Of a stretch of 23,373 nt of DNA, positions 1-7,915 are shown piece by piece. The notes beneath the pieces were generated by a model, which worked only from the letters and a program-made list of their open reading frames with translations, had not been told where the DNA came from and made no database searches. The translations under genes and the position numbers were made by a program. Numbering within the stretch: the stretch's first letter is position 1; every line of letters starts with the position of its first letter. Origin of the DNA: Candidatus Krumholzibacteriia bacterium (lineage in GTDB: Bacteria; Krumholzibacteriota; Krumholzibacteriia; LZORAL124-64-63); assembly GCA_036351155.1 (NCBI GenBank), contig JAZBOO010000395.1, positions 1 to 23,373 on the forward strand, written 5' to 3'.

Positions 1-434
1 ACGGCATAGAGACCGAGGCCCACCCCCTGCAGCAGCCGCTCGGCCCAGCTGCCGGGCCGGCGGACCATCAACATCGAGGCGCCCAGGGCCAGGACCAGGT
101 GCAGGACGTAAGCCGAAAGGGTGAGCAGCAGAGTGGCGGGCACGGCCTGGTTCAAGATTTCCCGCACCGGACGCTGCTGATCAATGCTCAGGCCGAAATC
201 TCCCCGCCCCAGCTTGCCCAGCCAGATCAGGTACTGACGTCCCAGGGATTCATCCAGTCCATAGCGCTGGCGCAGGTCAAGGCGCTCCTGAGGACTCAAG
301 CTTTCGGCCACCGTTTCGAGGACCAGATCCAGGGGGTCGCCGGGCGCCAGATGCGCCAGAAAGAACACCGCCGACACCAGGCAGAAAACCAGGATGAGGG
401 AGGTGAATATGCGGCGCGCCAACCAGGAGTGCAT
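1..434 (-). CDS. Peptide/nickel ABC transporter permease, OppB/DppB family (3' end truncated by window edge)
   Basis: Not in the ORF track because it runs off the edge. Manual translation from ATG at 434 gives MHSWLARRIFTSLILVFCLVSAVFFLAHLAPGDPLDL...RQRYGLDESLGRQYLIWLGKLGRGDFGLS...RPVREILNQAVPATLLL, with the PGDP, GLD..QY..W...GDFG.S and P.TL.L motifs of OppB/DppB. Confidence 0.92.
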   Translation of the reverse strand, partial: MHSWLARRIFTSLILVFCLVSAVFFLAHLAPGDPLDLVLETVAESLSPQERLDLRQRYGLDESLGRQYLIWLGKLGRGDFGLSIDQQRPVREILNQAVPATLLLTLSAYVLHLVLALGASMLMVRRPGSWAERLLQGVGLGLYA

Positions 435-478
435 GAAGAGCCTGTCTGCCGGGTGATGAGATCTGCGGGTGAGGCGTG

Positions 479-508
479 ATAGTAGTGACCCGATGCGCCC
501 GGGGTCAA
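479..508 (-). promoter_or_regulatory. Putative sigma70-type promoter for the ABC permease
   Basis: Minus strand reads TTGACC-N18-TACTAT, about 45 nt upstream of the ATG at 434. Confidence 0.55.
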
Positions 509-654
509 GCCCCACCATGGCCCGGGTTGAATCGACCTCGGGCATGGCTCTTGGGGGGGGCCTTTGCGTTGCACCTTGCACGGGGGCATTAGGCTTCCTG
601 CAAAATACCCTAAAGGTATCAAGACAGCGCAGGGCATCCTGAGACAGTTTTCCT

Positions 655-689
655 TTCCCCATGATTCCCTGTTGTTCCTCATGATTCCC
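655..689. repeat. Tandem direct repeat with 20-bp period in the upstream region of the lipoprotein gene
   Basis: TTCCCCATGATTCCC (655-669) and TTCCTCATGATTCCC (675-689), 14/15 identical. Confidence 0.6.
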
Positions 690-793
690 CCTGAGGGATT
701 GCCTGCTTCATTCTCGATTCAGGAACGGTTCTTCCTAGGTGACGGGAACACCAACCGTCCCTGGGCGGTCCATCCAGCGAATAGAGGATCGAG

Positions 794-2830
794 ATGAAGA
801 AACTGACAACAAGCCTGGCTATCCTGGGTCTCTGGCTCGTCTCCCTGACCCTGGTGGGAGGCTGTGAAATCAACAAGCCGGAAATGCCCACCTACGACAC
901 CAGCGTGAACATCCCCCTCGGAGTGGAACGCATCGAGATCATGGACCTGGTCGATGATGAGGAATTCCTGGTGGTCAGCGGGGACAGCAGCCTCGGCTTC
1001 TTCATCGACGGGGATCCCGACACCCTGGCCTTCGACTTTGAGCTGAGCGCGGACATCGGCGGGCAGTCCGTGGAACATGGTCTGGGCAACTTCAATCTTC
1101 CGGACGCCGACCCCATGGCCTACAGCTTTCAGCTGGGAGATATCTGGCCGCCGGCGGCCGGCATGTCCGGCGTCAGCGGCATCGTCCCGGCCTTTCCCAT
1201 CAACGTCGCCAGCAGCGGTCAGGAAATCCCCGACATCGAGAGCGCCATCCTGGCCAGCGGAACCGCCGCCATCTCTGTGACCAACGGCCTGCCCGTGCCT
1301 GTTTCCGCTCCTTCGGGACCGGACCAGGTCATCCTGGAACTGGTGAATCCCGAGAATGACGTCGTATTCGCCACCTTCACTTTTCCCGCCATTCCTGCCG
1401 GCGGCACCAACACCCAGACGGCGGATCTGGCGGGCGCCACTCTGCCCGGCACCATCGCGGTGCGGCTGCAGGGCGGTTCCCGCGGGAGTGCCGGAGCCCC
1501 GGTGACCGTCAATGGCAGCGATGCCCTGGATATCGCCGCCATCTTCAGCGACCTGGTCGTGTCCGAGGCCGACGCCGTGGTGGAAAGCCAGACTTTCCAC
1601 TCCAGCTTTGCCACCGAATTGCCGGCAGATTACGAGATCACCAGCGCCACCATCAGTTCCGGAAGCGTGGGTCTGGCCCTGACCAACGGGCTGCCGGTGC
1701 CCTGCACCGCGGTGCTGACCTGGGCCGAGTTGCAGAATCTGGAAGGCCAGCCTCTGACCTCGACCTTCGACCTGGCGCCAGGCCAGGCCCTGTCGCGGAC
1801 CATCGACTTTGCTGATCGACTTCTGGTTTCCGGTGGCAGCCCCTTGACGGCCTTGACGGCCCAGGTGGACATCGCCACCCCCGGCAGCGAAGGAGCCCCG
1901 GTGGCCATGAGCGCCGGCGACGGTTTGACGGCGGACATCAGCGGTGGCAGCATTGCCTTCAGCAGCGTGACCGGGATTGTCCCGGCCTACGACGTGGAGC
2001 TCGATCCCATCGAGGAAGAGATCGATCTGCCCGACGAGCTTGATGGCATTTCCTTCACCTCGACCACCATGGTCCTGCGCATGACCAACTCTTCGGGTTT
2101 GCCGGGTGATCTGGATCTGACCCTGACGGGTACCTCGGCCAGCGGCCAGGTACGGAGTCTGGATGTGCAGCAGACCATCTTGCCGGCCATGGATCGCGCG
2201 CCCGTGGTCACCCCCATTGTTCTGAACGAATCCAATTCGCAGATTCTTGACTTCCTGAACAACCTGCCCGAGACCATCACCTTGACCGGCCAGATCCAGG
2301 TGGGTGGCGATGGGGCCACCGGCACGGTCCGGTCCACGGATTTTGCCGCCGTTTCCTGGGAACTGAGCGCTCCTCTGGAAGTCATCATCCACGGGTCGGA
2401 AATCAACAGCGACCCCAGCGAGGTCAGCCTGGACGAGGATGTCCGGGACATGATCGGCGACCATTCGCTGGGTGCCTACATCCAGACCGAGATTCTCAAT
2501 CACCTGCCCATCGGGGTGGAGCTGAGGATCCTGGCCGGGACCGATTCCACCACCGTGGAAACGGCGCCGTTGCTGGTCATCGGCCCTCTGGAAGTTCTGG
2601 CAGCAGCCACCGATCCGGTGACGCACACGGTCAGCGAAGCCGTGATCAGCCGCCCGGTGGTGGAGCTGACCGAGGAGCAGGCGCGGATCTTCGCCCTGCC
2701 CGATCTGTTCACCATGATCTCCGTGACCTTGCCCTCCACCGAGGGAGAGCCCGTACGCATGATGTCCACCGACTTCCTTGAAGTGCGGGGCCTGGTGCGC
2801 GTGGATGTCCACGTCAATGACGAGTGGTAG
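794..2830 (+). CDS. Large acidic lipoprotein of unknown function with four internal beta-rich repeats (678 aa)
   Basis: SD (AGAGGA) before the ATG. Signal peptide II MKKLTTSLAILGLWLVSLTLVGG-C24. Strong GC3 codon bias. Repeated N-x-L-P motif and alternating beta-strand pattern. Confidence 0.88.
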   Translation: MKKLTTSLAILGLWLVSLTLVGGCEINKPEMPTYDTSVNIPLGVERIEIMDLVDDEEFLVVSGDSSLGFFIDGDPDTLAFDFELSADIGGQSVEHGLGNFNLPDADPMAYSFQLGDIWPPAAGMSGVSGIVPAFPINVASSGQEIPDIESAILASGTAAISVTNGLPVPVSAPSGPDQVILELVNPENDVVFATFTFPAIPAGGTNTQTADLAGATLPGTIAVRLQGGSRGSAGAPVTVNGSDALDIAAIFSDLVVSEADAVVESQTFHSSFATELPADYEITSATISSGSVGLALTNGLPVPCTAVLTWAELQNLEGQPLTSTFDLAPGQALSRTIDFADRLLVSGGSPLTALTAQVDIATPGSEGAPVAMSAGDGLTADISGGSIAFSSVTGIVPAYDVELDPIEEEIDLPDELDGISFTSTTMVLRMTNSSGLPGDLDLTLTGTSASGQVRSLDVQQTILPAMDRAPVVTPIVLNESNSQILDFLNNLPETITLTGQIQVGGDGATGTVRSTDFAAVSWELSAPLEVIIHGSEINSDPSEVSLDEDVRDMIGDHSLGAYIQTEILNHLPIGVELRILAGTDSTTVETAPLLVIGPLEVLAAATDPVTHTVSEAVISRPVVELTEEQARIFALPDLFTMISVTLPSTEGEPVRMMSTDFLEVRGLVRVDVHVNDEW

Positions 2831-2873
2831 CCAACTGACGGCGTCCACCACGTGGGCTGCCCTGGAGGATAGA

Positions 2874-4181
2874 ATGAAGACCAGCAACACACAGAACAAC
2901 AGCCAGGCGCGGCAGCTGAAACAAACCGCGCCGGCCACCCCCCTGACCGCATCAGCCGGAATCGCCGTCTTGATCCTGATCCTGCTTCTCATCGGAGACC
3001 AGGCTCACGCCCAGGGCACCGTCCGGGCCTGGGGCATGGGCGGGGCCAACACGGCCCTGAGTCGGGGACTCGGAGCAGTGGATTACAATCCCGCCAACCT
3101 GGCGTTCAGTGAAGGCACCAGCGTGGGCCTGGCGGCGGCCGCCCTGGACGTGAAGAACAATGCCATCAGCCTGGATCGCTACAACGAGATCACCGGCAGC
3201 CACCTGGACCACGCGGCCAAGACCGCGCTGATGAGCGACATTCCCGAGGACGGATTCCGGCTCGATGCCGATGCCCGCGCCTCGGTCCTGGGTGTGCAAA
3301 CGGGCAACTTCGCCTTCAGCTTCAACGCCACCGGATCGGGTCGGGGCAATCTGGACAAGGATTACTTCGACCTGGTTCTGTTCGGCAACCAGCTGGGCAA
3401 GACCGTGGATTTCAGCAACACCTGGGGCGAAGGATACGCCGTGGGTTCGGCCACCGTTTCCTACGGACAGATCGTGATGGATAACGAGCTGGGCCGCCTC
3501 AGCGTGGGTCTCAATGCCCGGTACTTGCAGGGTATCTACGAGATGCATGTGGAAGAAGCCTACGGATCCCTGTCCACCTCCATGACCGAAATATCCGGGG
3601 AAGCCTATGTTTCTACCCTGTCCTCCGACGGTGGCCAGGGCTACGGCGTGGACCTGGGCGTGGGATGGCAGACGCCCGGCGGCTGGACCCTGGGTCTGGC
3701 GCTGGACAACGTGTTCACCCGGATCAACTGGGACGGCAACGTGGAAATCAACGAGTTCCGGGTGACCGCCAGCGACATCAACATCCTCAACGAGGACCTG
3801 GACGCCTCGGTGGCCGATAACGACACCACCTTTGCGGGCCTGGCCTACCAGACCGAACTCCCGCGCAAGTTGCGGCTGGGGGCCACCCGCCAGGTCGGGG
3901 CCATGGCCGTGGCTGTGGACTATGTCCAGGGGTTCGATGATCGAGGCACCACCAGCAAGACTCCCCAGTTCAACGCCGGTTTCGAGCTCTGGTCAGCCGG
4001 CAACGTCCAGCCCAGGTTCGGCGCCACCACCGGGGGCACCATTGGCTCCGGTGTCAGCGCCGGCCTGGGCCTTCGCCTTGGTCCCTGGAACATTGATCTG
4101 GCGGCCGTTTCTCGCGGTGGATTGAATCCCAACCAGACCAAGGGCGTGGGATTCGCCGCCGGAAGCACGCTCATTTTCTGA
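2874..4181 (+). CDS. Outer-membrane beta-barrel protein, FadL/PorV/TraF/DUF5723-like (435 aa)
   Basis: Start moved to ATG 2874, preceded by GGAGG at 2864-2868. Signal peptide ends AHA-Q. The N-terminal plug motif RAWGMGGANTALSRGLGAVDYNPANLA is typical of FadL/PorV-like barrels. Amphipathic strands (GYGVDLGVGW, WTLGLALDNV) and a C-terminal Phe (BAM signal). Confidence 0.85.
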   Translation: MKTSNTQNNSQARQLKQTAPATPLTASAGIAVLILILLLIGDQAHAQGTVRAWGMGGANTALSRGLGAVDYNPANLAFSEGTSVGLAAAALDVKNNAISLDRYNEITGSHLDHAAKTALMSDIPEDGFRLDADARASVLGVQTGNFAFSFNATGSGRGNLDKDYFDLVLFGNQLGKTVDFSNTWGEGYAVGSATVSYGQIVMDNELGRLSVGLNARYLQGIYEMHVEEAYGSLSTSMTEISGEAYVSTLSSDGGQGYGVDLGVGWQTPGGWTLGLALDNVFTRINWDGNVEINEFRVTASDINILNEDLDASVADNDTTFAGLAYQTELPRKLRLGATRQVGAMAVAVDYVQGFDDRGTTSKTPQFNAGFELWSAGNVQPRFGATTGGTIGSGVSAGLGLRLGPWNIDLAAVSRGGLNPNQTKGVGFAAGSTLIF

Positions 4182-4201
4182 TCGGCTCGAGAGAAGCGAA
4201 A

Positions 4202-4247
4202 CCCCGGTGGCCCCGCTGGATGGACGTGGTGGGCGGGGCCGCCGGGG
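4202..4247. terminator. GC-rich hairpin between convergent genes, probable terminator
   Basis: CCCCGGTGGCCCCGCT / GGCGGGGCCGCCGGGG form a 16-bp stem (two G-U pairs on +) with a 14-nt loop. On the minus strand it is followed by TTTCGCTTCTCT. The U-tract is weak. Confidence 0.55.
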
Positions 4248-4276
4248 AAATCCCTCCCCCATTCTCCCCAAAACAA

Positions 4277-5005
4277 CTAGCAGATGGGAAGATCCAGCGA
4301 CCGGCCAAAGGCCTGGGCCAGGGTGTGCCCCATGACGTCCAGATCCGCACCGGTCAAGGGGCGCTCCAGAACCTGTGACAGGTCGGTGGTGACCCGCGCC
4401 AGGACCTCGGGAGGCACAGTGGGCGTGCCCGGCTGGGGCGGGACAAATTCGGGCAACCGCGTGTGGGCCGGCCCCGCCAGGATGCTGCCGTGCTGCAGGA
4501 ACACCCCACCGGTCCGGCGCTGGGCGCTGCCGATGATTTTCCGGCGTCCCACCCGGATCTCGTGCTGCCCCGCCGACTTGAAGCACAGCATGCCGCGCGC
4601 CTCGTCCCTTGACTCGCCCGCCGAGATTTCCGCCGCAATTCCCAGTTCTTCCAGAAACAGCATCAAGGCCTGATTGATTTTCATGTAGCAGGCGTGCAGG
4701 GAATCGCCGAACAGGGGGCCCGGCGAGGTCCCGACGATGCAGTAGGTCAGTTCCTGGGCGTGCAGGATGGCCCGGCCACCGGTGGGCCGCCTGACCAGGC
4801 CGAAACCGGCGGCCTCGATGGCGGCGTGGTCGAAATCATCGAGCGACTGGTTATAACCGATGGTGATGGCCGCCGGCTCCCAGCGGTAGATGCGCAGCAC
4901 GGGGTCGTCCCCCGGCTGGTGATGGGACAGCAGTTCGGCATCGCGCTGCATGTTGACGGCGCCCGGGTGGGCGCCGTCATGGATGACCTTCAGTCCGCAA
5001 GTCAT
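4277..5005 (-). CDS. lipM: Octanoyltransferase LipM-like / lipoate-protein ligase family (BPL_LplA_LipB)
   Basis: Motifs NMQRDAELL, LRIYRW, VRRPTGGRAILH, CF...(15)...KIIGSAQRR, LQHGSI. No C-terminal LplB domain. Last gene of the gcv operon. Confidence 0.85.
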   Translation of the reverse strand: MTCGLKVIHDGAHPGAVNMQRDAELLSHHQPGDDPVLRIYRWEPAAITIGYNQSLDDFDHAAIEAAGFGLVRRPTGGRAILHAQELTYCIVGTSPGPLFGDSLHACYMKINQALMLFLEELGIAAEISAGESRDEARGMLCFKSAGQHEIRVGRRKIIGSAQRRTGGVFLQHGSILAGPAHTRLPEFVPPQPGTPTVPPEVLARVTTDLSQVLERPLTGADLDVMGHTLAQAFGRSLDLPIC

Positions 5006-5023
5006 TCCGTTGTTACTCCCGCA

Positions 5024-6541
5024 TCATCCGCAGTTGCAGGGCCCCAGGTAACGCAGGTCGGGATTGCGCGCGGCCCCGGCCTCATCCAGCCGGCCCACGG
5101 GCGTCACGTGCGGCGCCTCGGTCAGCAGCTCGGGATTGGTCTGGGCCTCCTGGTAGATGGACTTCATGGTGGCCACGAAACAGTCCAGGCTCTCCTTGGG
5201 TTCAGTTTCGGTGGGTTCGACCATGAAGGCCTCGTCCACGATGAGCGGAAAATAGATGGTTGGCGCATGCAGGCCATGGTCCAGCAGACGCTTCCCGATG
5301 TCCAGGGTGCGCACGCCGAACTCCTCTTTCCAGCGGCTGCCGCTGGCCACGAATTCGTGCAGGCAACCGGTATCGAAGGGCACCGGCATGATGTCCCGCA
5401 GCTGGGCCAGAAGGTAGTTGGCATTCAGCACCGCACACTCGCTGACGCGGGTCAGACCGTTGCCGCCGTTACGCAGGATATAGGCCAGCGCCCGCAAGCA
5501 GATGCCCACGTTCCCGAAGTAGCTGTGAATACTGGTGCTGTCGGGGCCGGGAACTTTCTCCAGGGTGTAGGTGCCGTCATCCTGGCGTGCGATACGCGGA
5601 CCGGGCAGGAACTGCTCCAGATCCTCGGCCACACAGATGGGCCCTCCACCGGGTCCACCACCACCATGCGGCGTGCTCAGGGTCTTGTGGATGTTCAGGT
5701 GCACCACGTCGAAGCCCATGTCGCCGGGGCGGGTTTTGCCCATGATGGCGTTCATGTTGGCGCCGTCCATGTACAGGCGGCCACCGGCCTCGTGGATGAT
5801 GCGCGACACTTCCTGGATATCGTTCTCGAACAGTCCCAGCGTGTTGGGGTTGGTGATCATGATGCCGGCGGTCTTGTCGCTCACCGCGGCCCGCAGGGCA
5901 TCCAGGTCGATGCGTCCGTCCTTGCGGCTCTTGATGGTGCGCGGCTTCAAGCCCGCGATGACCACCGAGGCCGGGTTGGTGCCATGGGCGGAATCGGGGA
6001 TCAGGATCTCGGTCCGATCCTCGTCCCCACGCGACTGGTGGTAGGCCCGGATCACCAGCATGCCCAGGTATTCGCCGTGGGCGCCGGCCGCGGGAATCAG
6101 GCTGCAGGCGGCAAAACCGGTCAACTCACAAAGGGAGCGCTCCAGCAGGTCCAGCGCCTCGAGCAGGCCCTGGATATCCTCGGGCCCTTGCTCAGGATGC
6201 AGATCGGCCAGCCCGCTCAGGGCCACCACCTGCTCGTTCACCCGGGGATTGTACTTCATGGTGCAGCTGCCCAGGGGGTACATGCCGCGCTCGATGTGAT
6301 GATTCAAGGTGCTCAGCTGCGTGAAGTGACGCATCACCTCGGGCTCGCTCAGGCTGGGCAGATCGGCCCCCTCGGCCCGGCACAGTTCCTTCGGCAACTG
6401 GGCCTCCACCGGCTGGCCGTCCCAGCGAGGGAAAGTCAAACCTCGTCGCCCCGGGGCACCCTTGTCGAAAATGGACGCGGGCAGGGTGGCATTCCACCGC
6501 TGGGCCTGGACCTCGGTGGCCGGACAGGATTCGTTGCTCAT
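5024..6541 (-). CDS. gcvPB: Glycine dehydrogenase (decarboxylating) subunit 2
   Basis: YPLGSCTMKYNP, PAAGAHGE, SAHGTNPAS, TNPNTLG, YMDGANMNA and the PLP-lysine motif HLNIHKTLSTPHGGGGPG. ATGA overlap with gcvPA. Confidence 0.98.
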   Translation of the reverse strand: MSNESCPATEVQAQRWNATLPASIFDKGAPGRRGLTFPRWDGQPVEAQLPKELCRAEGADLPSLSEPEVMRHFTQLSTLNHHIERGMYPLGSCTMKYNPRVNEQVVALSGLADLHPEQGPEDIQGLLEALDLLERSLCELTGFAACSLIPAAGAHGEYLGMLVIRAYHQSRGDEDRTEILIPDSAHGTNPASVVIAGLKPRTIKSRKDGRIDLDALRAAVSDKTAGIMITNPNTLGLFENDIQEVSRIIHEAGGRLYMDGANMNAIMGKTRPGDMGFDVVHLNIHKTLSTPHGGGGPGGGPICVAEDLEQFLPGPRIARQDDGTYTLEKVPGPDSTSIHSYFGNVGICLRALAYILRNGGNGLTRVSECAVLNANYLLAQLRDIMPVPFDTGCLHEFVASGSRWKEEFGVRTLDIGKRLLDHGLHAPTIYFPLIVDEAFMVEPTETEPKESLDCFVATMKSIYQEAQTNPELLTEAPHVTPVGRLDEAGAARNPDLRYLGPCNCG

Positions 6542-7908
6542 GAGGTCACCTCCTCGGTGGGGCTTTCCAGGTAGTTCTTAAGAAGCTCGCCAAAGCGGGC
6601 GATCTCGGCGCCTGTGCGTTTTTCGGTGACGGCCACCAGGAGGTCACCCCCGCCGCAGCCGGCAAATCCTTCGAGCGGAATCCCCGCGAGCATCCCGTGC
6701 CGGCGGGCGTAGGTGCAAAAGCCCTGGGCCGATTTGTCCAGGCGGACCACCGTCTCGTTGAACACCGGGCCGTCGAAAGGCAGGGCGGCACCCTGGATCC
6801 CGCGGACCGTCTCCTTCAGAGCCGTGATGCGGGTCAAGTTGCTCTCTCCCAGCTCGACCAGACCCTCGGTGCCCAGCATGGCCAGGTACACCGTGGCCCG
6901 CAAGGCGTTCACGCCCTGATTGGAGCAGATGTTGCTGGTGGCCTTCTCTCGCCGGATGTGCTGTTCGCGAGTCTGCAGGGTGAGCACGTAGCCGTTCTGA
7001 CCGCGGTTGTCCAGGGTACGGCCGACCACCCGGCCCGGGATGCGCCGCTTGTGCGCGTCGGTGCAGGCCAGAAATCCCAGCAAGGGCCCTCCCCAGCTCG
7101 GCTTGATGCCGAAGGGCTGGGCCTCGCCCACGGCCAGCTCGGCACCGTACTCGGCCGGCGTTTTCAACACACTCAGACTGACCGGATTCACGGCAGCCAC
7201 CAGAACAGCTCCACTGTCCTTGACCACTTGCCCCACGGCGTCCACCTGCTCGACCAGACCCAGATAGTTGGGGTTCTGGATCACAACGCAACCCACCTCG
7301 TCGGTGATCACGGCCGCCAGCCCCTGGGGGTCGATGGTGCCGTCGGCGCCCACGGGAGCGTCAATGATGGTGATGCCCTCACCCTTCATGCTGGTGCAGA
7401 CCACCCGGCGGTAGCGCGGATTCAGGGTCTCGGGCAGCACCACCGCCTTTTTCCGCCTGGACGCCAGGGCCACGCTGATGGCCTCGGACAGGGCTGTGGC
7501 CCCGTCGTACATGCTGGCGTTGGACACTTCCAGGCCCGTGAGCCGGCAGATGTAGGACTGCCATTCATAAATAGCCTGCAGGGTTCCCTGGGACACCTCG
7601 GGCTGGTACGGCGTGTAGGCCGTCAGGAATTCGCTGCGGGAAACCAGGGGGTCGATGGCCGCGGGCACGATGGCATCGTACACGCCGCCGCCGAGGAACG
7701 AGATGAGTTCGTCCTGGCCGTGATTCTTGCGAGCCACCGACAGGAAGTAACGGCGGACCTCTTCCTCGGTCAGACCGTCGGGCAGATTCAGGGGACGGTC
7801 AAGACGCACCTCGGCGGGCAGGTGGGCAAAAAGGTCATCGACACTGTCCGTGCCGATGACCTCGAGCATCGCCTTGATGTCCTCGGGAGTGTGAGGAACA
7901 TATGGCAT
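6538..7908 (-). CDS. gcvPA: Glycine dehydrogenase (decarboxylating) subunit 1
   Basis: MPYVPHT, FLGGGVY, EFLTAYTPYQPEVSQGTLQ, NASMYDGATA, LQTREQHIRREKATSNICSNQ. Confidence 0.98.
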   Translation of the reverse strand: MPYVPHTPEDIKAMLEVIGTDSVDDLFAHLPAEVRLDRPLNLPDGLTEEEVRRYFLSVARKNHGQDELISFLGGGVYDAIVPAAIDPLVSRSEFLTAYTPYQPEVSQGTLQAIYEWQSYICRLTGLEVSNASMYDGATALSEAISVALASRRKKAVVLPETLNPRYRRVVCTSMKGEGITIIDAPVGADGTIDPQGLAAVITDEVGCVVIQNPNYLGLVEQVDAVGQVVKDSGAVLVAAVNPVSLSVLKTPAEYGAELAVGEAQPFGIKPSWGGPLLGFLACTDAHKRRIPGRVVGRTLDNRGQNGYVLTLQTREQHIRREKATSNICSNQGVNALRATVYLAMLGTEGLVELGESNLTRITALKETVRGIQGAALPFDGPVFNETVVRLDKSAQGFCTYARRHGMLAGIPLEGFAGCGGGDLLVAVTEKRTGAEIARFGELLKNYLESPTEEVTS

Positions 7909-7915
7909 AGCAGGC

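Noticed and set aside
99..797. Small ORFs 99-479, 296-682 and 564-797
   Set aside because: They overlap the real minus-strand permease or the promoter region and lack SD sequences, codon bias or motifs.
719..2992. 757-aa ORF antisense to the lipoprotein
   Set aside because: Shadow ORF caused by GC3 codon bias; His/Gly/Arg-rich composition with no motifs. The + strand gene has an SD, lipobox and repeats.
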